DNA of 64,000 nt, taken from positions 14,596 through 78,595 of the IMG/VR virus record IMGVR_UViG_3300000651_000004; one strand, given 5' to 3'. A program made the position numbers and the translations under genes. Positions 26,613 through 36,175 of this stretch are shown here, piece after piece. Origin of the DNA: a virus. The notes beneath the pieces were generated by a model. The model had not been told where the DNA came from, did not search any database, and saw only the letters and a program-made list of their open reading frames with translations. Within the stretch, counting starts at the first letter, position 1. Each line of letters opens with the position of its first letter.

Positions 26613-27599
26613 CTACATTCTGGAAGCTTGCGCCACGTTAAAACTGGTTCCGTAACTGCCGAAATCACCAGTCCAGTCATCGGGCATACCCCAATCAAAT
26701 GAACCGCTCCCGCCGCCGCTGCCGCCAGTGACATCGTAATCACTTAAATTGCCGGTGTAATCATCCGGGATGCCGATATCACTGCCGCCGCCGGTGGAAG
26801 TGCCAGGGGCTCCACCGCCCCCGCCAAATTTTAAGCCGCCACTGCCAAAGAGTTTTGATAAGGCGCTGGTGATACTGCTGATTCCGCCCCCCAGTCCGCT
26901 CATGGCGCTCCCGCCTTGGGCTGCTTTATAGCCCTGCATAGCCATCTGATTGCCGCTATTGATAATCTCCTGCTGATTTTTGATATCGTTATTGTAGTAC
27001 GCTGCCTGATCCTGGCGCGCCAAGAGCTGGGCCGGGGTAAAGAGCAGGCTGGATACCGGTGTAAAGGATGGGTTAAGCGCGCGCGCGGCATTAGCCCCGA
27101 TCCCGAACATCTCGGTTCCCTTCTGTTGCAGGGAAAGACTGGTCAGGCCCAGATCGCGCGCAGTCAGGTTGCGGCCCATCCCACTGGTTGCGCCATATCC
27201 TCCGCTAATGGCTTGTTGCGCGGTAGCGCGCTGGATCTGATCCTGGACATCCTGCGGAATGATCCCGCTTAAATAGGTGCTGGCCAGGTTGGAGATCTGG
27301 CCGATCTGGCTGGTAAGCCCCGGGTAAATTTTGCTTAAACCCCGCTGGTAAGCCTGGTTGGAAAGCGCATCGGCCATGGAGGCCGTTTCCGCCATACTGG
27401 GAATAACCGCTGACTGGCCGGCGTAATCGGTTAATCCGGTCATGTAATCGGGCAGCGTGACACCTGATAATTTGACCGGTTTAGGTTTAGGCATGCTGCT
27501 GCCGCCACCGCCCCCGCCAAATAAACCGCCTTTAGATGCCGCACCGATTCCGGCGGCGGCAACTGAGCCGACTGCACCGATTATTGCTCCGACTCCCAT
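26613..27599 (-). CDS. Gly-rich DNA-ejection / pilot-like protein
   Basis: N-terminal AIIGAVGSVAAAGIGA; Gly/Ser-rich; podovirus synteny. Confidence 0.65.
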   Translation of the reverse strand: MGVGAIIGAVGSVAAAGIGAASKGGLFGGGGGGSSMPKPKPVKLSGVTLPDYMTGLTDYAGQSAVIPSMAETASMADALSNQAYQRGLSKIYPGLTSQIGQISNLASTYLSGIIPQDVQDQIQRATAQQAISGGYGATSGMGRNLTARDLGLTSLSLQQKGTEMFGIGANAARALNPSFTPVSSLLFTPAQLLARQDQAAYYNNDIKNQQEIINSGNQMAMQGYKAAQGGSAMSGLGGGISSITSALSKLFGSGGLKFGGGGGAPGTSTGGGSDIGIPDDYTGNLSDYDVTGGSGGGSGSFDWGMPDDWTGDFGSYGTSFNVAQASRM

Positions 27600-27603
27600 A
27601 ATT

Positions 27604-28155
27604 TTATTTCACTCCTAAAAGCGGCCAGAGAAGGTCGCCTGTACGCTGCATTAGATGTGCCGCTTTTTTAAAACAGATCTGGGAAGGCACCGTCACATTG
27701 AAGCCTTCCAGCATCTCCAATCGATGCCGGTTTAGAGGGTGTGATCCAAAAAGGAATTTCCAGATTTTGATCGAATCAAATTTCTGGTACTCGATGACCA
27801 GGGGGCTATAAGCGTTCTCGATCCGGTCCAGTTCCCGGTCCATTCGTTCCAGCATTTCCCAGCATGTGATGTTGAAAGCTTTCTCAACCGCTTTAGCGAC
27901 CTCTTCGATATTCCGGCGCACCACGACTACCCGCGCGCGCGGGAACATGTCGATTAATTGTTCCATGACTAGGCAGTTGAGAGAATCAGCTACACCCGCG
28001 AAAGGCGTTCCAGTTGACTCTAAAAGCCTTGGATAATCTCCAAGAGCGCAATCGCTCATCGGCTCATGAAAACAGTAGGAAGGACCGTAGGTCAGGAAAT
28101 TGGCCAGCCAGGCGGTGCGGCTGCGGGGGAGTGATGCTATAAAGAACGGGATCAT
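27604..28155 (-). CDS. Sulfotransferase-like P-loop protein
   Basis: FFIASLPRSRTAWL (canonical PRSGT PAPS loop), HEP, FPRARVVVVRR. Confidence 0.65.
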   Translation of the reverse strand: MIPFFIASLPRSRTAWLANFLTYGPSYCFHEPMSDCALGDYPRLLESTGTPFAGVADSLNCLVMEQLIDMFPRARVVVVRRNIEEVAKAVEKAFNITCWEMLERMDRELDRIENAYSPLVIEYQKFDSIKIWKFLFGSHPLNRHRLEMLEGFNVTVPSQICFKKAAHLMQRTGDLLWPLLGVK

Positions 28156-28331
28156 CTTCGACCGGCTTTGGGTTTTGGGGCTTTCTTTTTCCCTGGATAT
28201 CCTCCCTTTGGTTTAGTGGCGAAATCGCGCAGCTGGCTTTTGCTCATCCCGGTCTGAGTCTTTTCCCCACGCTCAGCACGAGCATAATCGGCTCCCATAA
28301 ACCGCTGTTGTTTTGGTGTTTTAGCAGGCAT
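28152..28331 (-). CDS. 59-aa basic protein, DUF3008-like (not in the ORF track)
   Basis: MPAKTPKQQRFMGA...GMSKSQLRDFATK; overlap-coupled at both ends. Confidence 0.75.
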   Translation of the reverse strand: MPAKTPKQQRFMGADYARAERGEKTQTGMSKSQLRDFATKPKGGYPGKKKAPKPKAGRR

Positions 28332-28708
28332 CAGCAGAATTTCCTGAAAGAAGTGTTATCCCAGAAGACCCCAAAAGTTTGATTGGCAACGATTGCGTTG
28401 GCGGCCAGGGCAGCATTGCCAAGGGTAACGATCGGTTTAGCGCCCAGCCCGTTTACGTTAAGGGTCGGGCCGGCCAGGTTGGGATTGGTTGCGGTAATGA
28501 AAAGCACAACGCCAGCGTTAAGCGCGAAATTGCCGGCTACACTGACCGCGTAGGCCTGGTTATTGGTTGAATCGATCCCATAATAAGAGGTGCCTGCACC
28601 TGTTAACCCCGTGGGTCCGGGCTGGCCTTGAAAACCTTGCGGACCACCGGGGCTGACAAGCGCGCCCGATGGCACACTGGTTCCTGGAATTGCAACTGGA
28701 TTAGCCAT
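28331..28708 (-). CDS. Short fibre/tip protein with an N-terminal plug motif and a collagen stretch
   Basis: PGTSVPSGALVSPGG, a GXY run, then a TLNVNGLGAKPI tip domain. Confidence 0.75.
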   Translation of the reverse strand: MANPVAIPGTSVPSGALVSPGGPQGFQGQPGPTGLTGAGTSYYGIDSTNNQAYAVSVAGNFALNAGVVLFITATNPNLAGPTLNVNGLGAKPIVTLGNAALAANAIVANQTFGVFWDNTSFRKFC

Positions 28709-28973
28709 GAATACCGTCCCAATCGGTTTGCGCGGAGGCCATTGCGATATCCAGATTCATGGCGGCAGTCTCCAGCGGCCAGCCAAAGTTCCCGCCCCCT
28801 TGTTTGATCAGCCGATTCACATGGTACTGGTCGCTGACACCCCCGCGTAGAATGACGGCGGGATCGTTGACCGGGAAAATTTCATAGCTCACGCTGGGCG
28901 AAGGTGTGGCAGTGGCTCTTAACAAAGATCCATCACCAGCCTGGTCAATTTTCCAATCTAATTTTGTAGTCAT
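28701..28973 (-). CDS. Hypothetical protein, possible fibre chaperone
   Basis: 90 aa, directly after a collar-domain fibre gene. Confidence 0.6.
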   Translation of the reverse strand: MTTKLDWKIDQAGDGSLLRATATPSPSVSYEIFPVNDPAVILRGGVSDQYHVNRLIKQGGGNFGWPLETAAMNLDIAMASAQTDWDGIHG

Positions 28974-30067
28974 ATTTTGATTATTTTATTCGCAACCATA
29001 TAAGGCATCATGGTGTTATGGCCAGTCCCGCTACCGGCATTGGCGGTATTGGCAATTGATGCGCCATCGGTGGTGTTCGTAGAAGGGCCGCCGGAATTCG
29101 CCCACCCGCCATTGGTCTGGCTGGCATAGACCGTGTTGCCAGCTGGAATATTGGCCCCGTCTGACCCGCCGCTTGGAGCGCCAGTTTGCGTTGCCCCAGA
29201 AGTTGAATATTGACCCGCCCCTGGTTGTGAGCCTGTAGCGCCAACCGGGTTATAGTACGAATGCGTATGCCCGCCCAGCCCGTGCGCGTGATAAAAGCCG
29301 GCATTGATATTGTGATAGTGGTCTATGTAATGGGAGTGATTCCCCATCGTGTGGGTGTGAGCAACCCCGTGGCTGTGGACGGCTTCCTCCCCTACCGTTA
29401 AAGCATGATTCTCCTCGCCCCCAACTGCGGCCAGTGCCCGATTGGTGAGCCCAGCCCCCTGGCCGGCACCTATGGTGGCGCGGCCGCGCAGATCGGGCAC
29501 GTTAAAACTGTTTCCGCTCCCGCCGTACTTATACCCGATCACTGCAAACAAATTGCCCATGGCCCCGGCAGTCGGATAACTGGTCCCATCTGTCAGGACA
29601 AACCCGCTTGGCGCGGTGTCCCCGCCAAAATCGATGATCGCGCCGGTCGGGATAACGAACCCGACCAGGGCCGCCGCCAGGCTGTGACAGGCGTTGTCGC
29701 CCCCAACGTAATCGGTTGAGGCCCCGCTTAAAATCGCGAGCAACCCCGCCATGCTGGTGTTGGCCAGGGGAATTGTCGGCGGCGGCTGGGGATTAAGCAG
29801 GGTCAGCTGGTTACCGTTTTTAACTGAAACCTGTAAAATGCCAGGGTTGCCTGGGCCGCCCCCGGCCTGGTCCACGTAAATCATTTGCCCTGCCACTACC
29901 CAGGAAGCGTCGTTCAAGTTAACCACCACAGTTGACCCCACCTGGGGCACCGTGAACGAGCTTGCTGTCGTGTTAAAAGCGTTGATCCCCGTGCCTAATG
30001 GGCCGCCGGGGCTGATCTGGCTCCCTGCCGGTACGGTTGTTCCTGGGATTGGTTGGCTGGCTGGCAT
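28970..30067 (-). CDS. Tail fibre with phage collar domain and HxH metal-binding tip
   Basis: PTGAIIDFGG.TAPSGF..DG...FNVPDLRGR; several HxH motifs; GHNTMMPY..NKIIK. Confidence 0.9.
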   Translation of the reverse strand: MPASQPIPGTTVPAGSQISPGGPLGTGINAFNTTASSFTVPQVGSTVVVNLNDASWVVAGQMIYVDQAGGGPGNPGILQVSVKNGNQLTLLNPQPPPTIPLANTSMAGLLAILSGASTDYVGGDNACHSLAAALVGFVIPTGAIIDFGGDTAPSGFVLTDGTSYPTAGAMGNLFAVIGYKYGGSGNSFNVPDLRGRATIGAGQGAGLTNRALAAVGGEENHALTVGEEAVHSHGVAHTHTMGNHSHYIDHYHNINAGFYHAHGLGGHTHSYYNPVGATGSQPGAGQYSTSGATQTGAPSGGSDGANIPAGNTVYASQTNGGWANSGGPSTNTTDGASIANTANAGSGTGHNTMMPYMVANKIIKI

Positions 30068-30070
30068 AGG

Positions 30071-32353
30071 TTAAAAGAAGGTGAGTAGGGTGAGCTGGTT
30101 GCCAGTCTTGGCGGTACACTGCATGACACCCGGATTCCCCGGGCCGGCAGCATTCTGGACATAAACGAATTGTCCCGGCACCACCCAGGAAGCGTCCGCG
30201 AGTGTGACAACCGTTGTCTGTCCCAGTGTGGGCACCGTGAAAGGCGCGGTTGTTTGGTTAAAAGAATTTATCCCGGCGCTGCCGGTTGCGCCTGTCGGCC
30301 CGGTGGCACCGACCTGGCCGGTTTGACCGCCGGCACTAATCAAGCTGTTGGTATTGACCACTGTGCCTCCAACAGCCGAATTGAGTCCTCCAGGGTTGGT
30401 CAGGGTAACCGAGTTGCCGGTTTTAGAGGTTACCAGCATCGCGCCCCCGGCTCCGCTTGCCCCGGCTGTGTCGACCCAGACCATCTGCCCAGGCACGATC
30501 CAGCCAGCATCAATCACATTGACACTCGTTTGAGCTCCGGTTGCCGGAACTGTAAAAGACGCCGTAGTCCGAGTGTAAGCAGGCGAACCGGTTGGCCCTG
30601 AAGGACCAGTCGGCCCTTGAGTACCGCCTAACCCCGGAGCTCCCGCTGCGGTGACCATGCTGCCCGAGACTGCGACCGCTCCACCGGCTACAGCGCTTCC
30701 CGGCGGGTTAAGAAGAGTGACTAGGTTGCCGTTGATTGCGGTCACCTGAAATTGGCCTGCGCTGCCAGGGGCTGCCCCGGCCAACCAGACATATTGGTTT
30801 AGGGCCATCCAGCTACTGGAAGCCACCTGAGCATTGGAACTTGAGCCTGGTGCGGGGACTGTCCAGTTGGCAGTTAATGTGGTGTAAGCATTTGCCCCAG
30901 CCGGTCCCGTCGATCCGGTCGGCCCTTGGGCCCCCGTGGCACCAGTTGAACCTTGCGGCCCCGCCGGCCCTTGTGCGCCTTGCGGCCCGGTGGCGGTCAC
31001 CGTGGTGCCGCTTGCCGCAACCGAACCTTGGGCCTGGTTAACCGCGTAACCGGTATTCTGCAAGGTTAACTGGTTAGCTCCGGCATTGATCGCGGTGATC
31101 GACAGGTAACCAATCGGGCTGATAAAAACGAAATTGCCCAGGTTAAACTGGCTGGCTCCCCCAGCCGCCACGGTGGCAACCGCAGTCGACCCAACCGCCG
31201 GCATTGTGAAAGAGGCGGCTAAGGTGGTAAAAGAACTCGAGCCCCCTGGAGGGCCTTGAGGACCACTGGCTCCTTGCGGCCCAGCACTGCCAGCCGGCCC
31301 TTGGGCTCCGGTCGCTCCCGTGTTCCCGGTCGCGCCGGTCAAGCCTTGAGGCCCGACTGGTCCTTGAGGGCCGGTTGAACCTTGCGGCCCTGTGGCTCCA
31401 GCCGGCCCGACTGAACCGGTTGACCCCGTGGGCCCAACTGCGTTCACTGCCGCCCCGGCCGGAATGACTGTGCCAGGGCTCGCGTTCCCGGCCACGTTCA
31501 ACGGGGTGGCATGCACCTGGTTAGGGGTGTCGACCGTTTGAATGACGTAATACCCGGCCCCGGCAATGTAGAGATTGTTCCCGGCTGCCACCCCGACACT
31601 GGTGGAAAGAGGGATCACTACCGGAGTCGCCGCTGCCGGTACCGTAAAACCAGGGGCTTGAACAGTTGAAAAATAAGCGGCCCCCGGAGCGCCTTGCGGT
31701 CCAGGGTTGCCAAGCGCCCCGCCGCTGGTCACCGTCGCTCCACTGACCACAATCGTACCGGATGCCGCGTTGCCGTAAGCGCCGGTGTTGTCCACCTGGA
31801 CCGTGTTGATGTCGACAACACTCATCACCTTATAGGTGCCGGCATTGCCGATATAGATATACATCCCGGCGGTTATCCAGGCCGAGTTAACCACTTTGAG
31901 CTGGGCGTTACCGTTGACAGGGGGAATCGTAAAATTGGCGCTTGTGTTAGTAACCGCCGCCTGCCCCACCGGCCCTTGAGGACCAGCTGGCCCACTCGCG
32001 CCAACCGGCCCGGTCGGCCCCGCTGGCCCAACCGGCCCTTGCGGTCCTGTCGGTCCACCGGAGGGACCGATTGGCCCTTGCACTCCTTGCGGACCTTGCA
32101 ATCCTTGCGGACCAATCACGCCTTGCGGCCCAGCCGGCCCAGTTGCGCCAATCGGCCCCTGCGGTCCAGGTACACCGATAACGCCTTGCGGCCCTACCGG
32201 CCCAGTTGAACCGGTCTGCCCGATCGGGCCTTGCAACCCCGGAGGGCCGGCTGGTCCCTGTGGACCCGGAGGGCCGGTCGCATCGATCTCTACTTCAATC
32301 GGGCCACCGGGAGTGACATCGACATTGATGGAAGTTAAAATATCGGTTGCCAT
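30071..32353 (-). CDS. Collagen-like fibre protein with six repeated beta domains
   Basis: Long Gly-X-Y runs alternate with (F/W)T(V/I/M)P...GN.(L/V)TL repeats; the last repeat is truncated. Confidence 0.9.
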   Translation of the reverse strand: MATDILTSINVDVTPGGPIEVEIDATGPPGPQGPAGPPGLQGPIGQTGSTGPVGPQGVIGVPGPQGPIGATGPAGPQGVIGPQGLQGPQGVQGPIGPSGGPTGPQGPVGPAGPTGPVGASGPAGPQGPVGQAAVTNTSANFTIPPVNGNAQLKVVNSAWITAGMYIYIGNAGTYKVMSVVDINTVQVDNTGAYGNAASGTIVVSGATVTSGGALGNPGPQGAPGAAYFSTVQAPGFTVPAAATPVVIPLSTSVGVAAGNNLYIAGAGYYVIQTVDTPNQVHATPLNVAGNASPGTVIPAGAAVNAVGPTGSTGSVGPAGATGPQGSTGPQGPVGPQGLTGATGNTGATGAQGPAGSAGPQGASGPQGPPGGSSSFTTLAASFTMPAVGSTAVATVAAGGASQFNLGNFVFISPIGYLSITAINAGANQLTLQNTGYAVNQAQGSVAASGTTVTATGPQGAQGPAGPQGSTGATGAQGPTGSTGPAGANAYTTLTANWTVPAPGSSSNAQVASSSWMALNQYVWLAGAAPGSAGQFQVTAINGNLVTLLNPPGSAVAGGAVAVSGSMVTAAGAPGLGGTQGPTGPSGPTGSPAYTRTTASFTVPATGAQTSVNVIDAGWIVPGQMVWVDTAGASGAGGAMLVTSKTGNSVTLTNPGGLNSAVGGTVVNTNSLISAGGQTGQVGATGPTGATGSAGINSFNQTTAPFTVPTLGQTTVVTLADASWVVPGQFVYVQNAAGPGNPGVMQCTAKTGNQLTLLTFF

Positions 32354-32716
32354 TTATGGTGCTCCAGAAATAAGGCCGGGAACAGGAGTGATCGGCCAGG
32401 TGCCTGCCGCGTAAGTCTGCACGTTACCGAGGGAATCAAGTGCCGTGACATTAAAAAAGTAATCCCCTGGCTCCAGGGTTGAAGTCAGCCCCGAAAGGAT
32501 TTGTAGCACGCTTTTGCCGTTAACTGGATCGGAGTGGTTAGTCCACGTGATATAAACCGGGGGCTTGGTTTTGCCGCTGAGATCCTTATTTGCTATAAAC
32601 GCTAAGGTGACACCGGTCAGATTAATAGGCTGCGTCCCACCGTACTGGGTGAACGTCAGGTTGACGGTCATGGAGTTGCCACGTGGGCAGGCTGGCAGTC
32701 CGATAGTGTTTCCCAT
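32354..32716 (-). CDS. BppU-like Ig-fold adaptor / fibre attachment protein
   Basis: RG.S.T.NLT...PINLTG...G...L....T..L.PGDY pattern. Confidence 0.6.
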   Translation of the reverse strand: MGNTIGLPACPRGNSMTVNLTFTQYGGTQPINLTGVTLAFIANKDLSGKTKPPVYITWTNHSDPVNGKSVLQILSGLTSTLEPGDYFFNVTALDSLGNVQTYAAGTWPITPVPGLISGAP

Positions 32717-32722
32717 AAATTT

Positions 32723-34630
32723 TTAAATTGGTTGGCGATATCGCCAGCCTTTCATCCAGCCGCGCATCTGGATGTTAAGCGTTGGCGTGGCGCTGCCCCG
32801 GTGAGCGCGCAGTTCATCCTGCAAAATCTTGACAGCCCGTTGCTCGTGAACCTGGGCAATGTCCAGTTTCTGGGCTTCCTCGTTGGCAACGCAAAAGACC
32901 ATCTCTTTTAAGGCCGGGTAATTGGTGACAATCAGAAAATCATCCGGATACCAGGCTGGCTGATATTTGAGTTTGCACTGGGTTTCGACACAGGTGTCAA
33001 AAGGAAGCGGTTGATCACCCAACCCCGGTATGAAGTAACGCCTGAACTCCGGGTAAGTAATGATCGGTGGGATCGAAGCCAGAGTCTGGCCGTAAGCCCA
33101 CAGAATAATTGAGCCTTGAGTGATCGTTTTCTTGATCCGGGTGATATTGGAAAACAGAGTTTTGGAAACTCCGTTTACCGGAACAAACTCACCTGTTCCG
33201 CCACCCACCTGGTTATTCTCGTGATCCATTCCATAAATTGTCACTCCGCTCCCATCCGCTTCACCAGTGGCTGTAGAGCCGCAGGTAATATTAGTAGGTT
33301 GCCAAAGTTCGAAAAAAGTCGGCCCCGTGCCGCGATCGATGGCTGAAATCGGCGGGGTTGAATACTCGCTTTTTTTGCCGATTGATCCCTCGTGGCTTTC
33401 AAACCAGCGGTTGCGCATGGTCAGGGGAATCCCCTTGAAAAGGAGCACCGTGACCGATTCGACATTGGGCGGCAGTACCACATAACCTTTGCCCAAAATT
33501 TTCAAGGTGAGATAAACAACCGTGTCTTTCCAGTAGCCTTGGGAAACCAGTCGTTCCTGAGCGGTGTTGATGGCGCGGGTAATCGCGCGCAGTCCGATGC
33601 GTAAAAACTGCTGGTTTTCCAAGGCCAGGCGCGCGCGCACATATCCAAGCTGCCCGTGATCAAAACTTTTCTCGTCCTCCAGACACTGCGCTTTACGGTA
33701 ACTGCTCCGAGTCGGGTCCTGCTGATAGGTTTTGGCTTCAGCCTGCAACAGGTCCATGGCCCGTTTATGAAACTCGGCACTGCCCTGGAAATCGTTCCCG
33801 TCTTCCCGGTCAATGGCCAAGATCTCCAGCCGAAGCGCACCGGTATTGGGCAGGATCAAGAAATCGGTATCATTATAGACCGGCAAAAACCGCCTTTTTC
33901 CGGTGATCCGGATTCGAACCGGCGGATCAGAGGCAGCCACTTTAGGAATATCTGCGCAGAAATAACGTCGGTAACTGGGCACGATTTCTGTTGGGTCCAG
34001 GATCGCCAGCATGACATGGTTCTGAGCATTGGCAGGGTCAACCTGGTACACGCGGATCGGCCCTTGAGTCTGGGCCTTCTGCATGTTGGTGATCTTGGAG
34101 TAAGTGTGGACTGAAACTGTTCCGGCCGTAGAAAACTCGATTATTTCTCCGGGGGCGTATACACCGTTCTGGGCGGTATAGATCTCGTTGCCAGTGGGGT
34201 CGAGGCCAAAGACGCGAATTGATTGACCGACAGGCTCTGTAAAATCGGAATAAATGATAAGTTTACCAGGGGTACAAATATCGAAGAGGGTTGGGTATTC
34301 GCCCCGGTCGACAAGGACAACATCGTTAAGAAGTTCCGGATCAACATAGGTGGATGGGTTTTCAATCGTGTACCAGCCGGTCTGCGTATCAAGGGCCTGG
34401 TCGAGAATAAAAATTTCCTGAGCGCTTTCAATCTGCCGGGGCAGGCTGAAACATTGGGCTTGAGTGCAGATGGTAATCTCCTGAGTCATCCCGACAAAAT
34501 GACCGCCGACCATCAGCCGCTCAGTGGCCTCGTTGATCCGAGCCACCACGCGCGGGTCATCAGGCGGCACCCCGTTATCCACCACTCGGCACAAGATATT
34601 TTTAGCTTCAGCAACAGTTATCCGGCTCAT
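32723..34630 (-). CDS. Head-tail adaptor-like protein with an internal tandem duplication
   Basis: ATG at 34630 (ATGA-coupled); two homologous halves of about 310 aa. Confidence 0.65.
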   Translation of the reverse strand: MSRITVAEAKNILCRVVDNGVPPDDPRVVARINEATERLMVGGHFVGMTQEITICTQAQCFSLPRQIESAQEIFILDQALDTQTGWYTIENPSTYVDPELLNDVVLVDRGEYPTLFDICTPGKLIIYSDFTEPVGQSIRVFGLDPTGNEIYTAQNGVYAPGEIIEFSTAGTVSVHTYSKITNMQKAQTQGPIRVYQVDPANAQNHVMLAILDPTEIVPSYRRYFCADIPKVAASDPPVRIRITGKRRFLPVYNDTDFLILPNTGALRLEILAIDREDGNDFQGSAEFHKRAMDLLQAEAKTYQQDPTRSSYRKAQCLEDEKSFDHGQLGYVRARLALENQQFLRIGLRAITRAINTAQERLVSQGYWKDTVVYLTLKILGKGYVVLPPNVESVTVLLFKGIPLTMRNRWFESHEGSIGKKSEYSTPPISAIDRGTGPTFFELWQPTNITCGSTATGEADGSGVTIYGMDHENNQVGGGTGEFVPVNGVSKTLFSNITRIKKTITQGSIILWAYGQTLASIPPIITYPEFRRYFIPGLGDQPLPFDTCVETQCKLKYQPAWYPDDFLIVTNYPALKEMVFCVANEEAQKLDIAQVHEQRAVKILQDELRAHRGSATPTLNIQMRGWMKGWRYRQPI

Positions 34631-35346
34631 GATGTAAAACCTATAAATTGGACGAAACCCAAGGCGAGAAAGGGCGGAATCAAACTGATGGGCAGCTGCG
34701 ACCCGGTATTGTTGATCATGTAGGGCCAAGAGCCAACCAGCCCTCCTTGCGGATTAGCCCCGTAATTAGTGGCTCCAAACGCGCCCCCGCCGGGAGCGAA
34801 CCCGTCATGGGCATTAAGAGTAACCGTCATATAGGGCAGGTTATAGTAAGAAATCTGAAAACTGGACCGGCCCCCAGAATAAGCGTCATAGCCATCGACA
34901 TTGGTCACCCACAATCCCCAGCCGTCGCACCGGTACCCTGGAACCAGGAATTTGTTGGTCAGGTTCATGGTTCCGTTGTTCCCGTTGGCAATCGCCCAGC
35001 CGTCCCAAGGCAACCCTGAATAGCCTAGCCCTGTCGCATCGAAATAAGTCGTCCAGGCACCGGCAAACATGGCGATCTGGCCGGGATTGCCGGTTGCCGT
35101 CTGCCGCCAGGTGCCGTTGTACATGACATAAAGCCCCAGCGGCCGGCCCACCTGGTCAGTTTTTAACCAGAGCTTGTTCTGATCCTGGCTTTGCGGAGTG
35201 TTCGGCCCTTTGACCACCAGAATGTAATCGGGATCAAACTGATAAAGCGTGTACTGGGCAACCGCCTCGACCACACCCTGGAAAGTTGAGGGTGCCGATT
35301 GCACACTGGGAAACTGTAACGGCTGCGCTCTGATTGGGATCGACAT
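34627..35346 (-). CDS. Tail protein with a collar-like domain
   Basis: PGQIAMFAG...GWAIANGNNGTMNL; paralog of the next gene. Confidence 0.7.
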   Translation of the reverse strand: MSIPIRAQPLQFPSVQSAPSTFQGVVEAVAQYTLYQFDPDYILVVKGPNTPQSQDQNKLWLKTDQVGRPLGLYVMYNGTWRQTATGNPGQIAMFAGAWTTYFDATGLGYSGLPWDGWAIANGNNGTMNLTNKFLVPGYRCDGWGLWVTNVDGYDAYSGGRSSFQISYYNLPYMTVTLNAHDGFAPGGGAFGATNYGANPQGGLVGSWPYMINNTGSQLPISLIPPFLALGFVQFIGFTS

Positions 35347-35347
35347 T

Positions 35348-36175
35348 TTAAGGGTATCCTACAAATTGGGCATAACCCACAGCGATATAAGGCGGTATCC
35401 GGCTGACGGGCGAATTAACCATGTAAGGGGACTGATCGAGCGGATAAGTCCAATAGGCATAATTAAATTTGGTATTGCCACGCCCTGAATCGACCACCGT
35501 CCACGATGCACCGCTATAATTTATGGAAGTAAACTGGTTATTATAATTAATCTCCAGAGTGGCTGCACCGGGCTCACCTCCAAAATTGCCGAAATTAACC
35601 AGAGTGATATTAAAACTCCGGTTGCTGGGAGCATCGCTGATTCCATAAGAATCCATGTTAACCTGATCCCACCAGGATGTAGAAGCGGCTTGTGAATTGT
35701 ACTTAGAATAGGTATAAACATCAGTTACCCATCCGCCGCCATCCCACCGGTAACCGGGAATAATAAATTGATTAGCCAGGTTCGGCGTACCATTCTGCCC
35801 GTTGCACAAGGCCCAGCCTTCCCACAGCCCCCAGTGACGCCCGCGCCCGCTGGCATCAAAATAAGAGCCCCAATCGGCAATCAGCATTCGGATCTCGCCG
35901 GGAACCCCATTGTACACCGTCCACCAATCGTTCCGGTACCCAGTCAGAATCCGTGGGGGAAGCTTGTAGGCGTTAAGCATCCAGACAAAAATCCCATTGC
36001 CGTCAGCGCCTGCGCCATCAGAGCTGATATTGACGTTGGCCCCGCTGTCGTTCATCTCGTAAGTAGTGAACTGGGGAACAGCTTCCAATAAACCCTGCAT
36101 GTCGGTGGGCGGCTGGTAACTCTCCGGAACTGAGGCAACCGTAATTTTTACGGGAAGTGAAAAATTCTCGCTCAT
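35348..36175 (-). CDS. Tail protein with a collar-like domain
   Basis: PGEIRM...GWALCNGQNGTPNL...IPPY. Confidence 0.7.
   Translation of the reverse strand: MSENFSLPVKITVASVPESYQPPTDMQGLLEAVPQFTTYEMNDSGANVNISSDGAGADGNGIFVWMLNAYKLPPRILTGYRNDWWTVYNGVPGEIRMLIADWGSYFDASGRGRHWGLWEGWALCNGQNGTPNLANQFIIPGYRWDGGGWVTDVYTYSKYNSQAASTSWWDQVNMDSYGISDAPSNRSFNITLVNFGNFGGEPGAATLEINYNNQFTSINYSGASWTVVDSGRGNTKFNYAYWTYPLDQSPYMVNSPVSRIPPYIAVGYAQFVGYP

Noticed and set aside
28970-30067. Diversity-generating retroelement or invertase-driven fibre switching
   Set aside because: No reverse transcriptase or recombinase is in the window, and the paralogous tips differ at all base types rather than only at adenines.
30071-32353. 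CRISPR-like or DNA tandem repeats (ggcccttgcgg...)
   Set aside because: These are the codons of Gly-Pro-Gln collagen triplets; there is no repeat-spacer structure.
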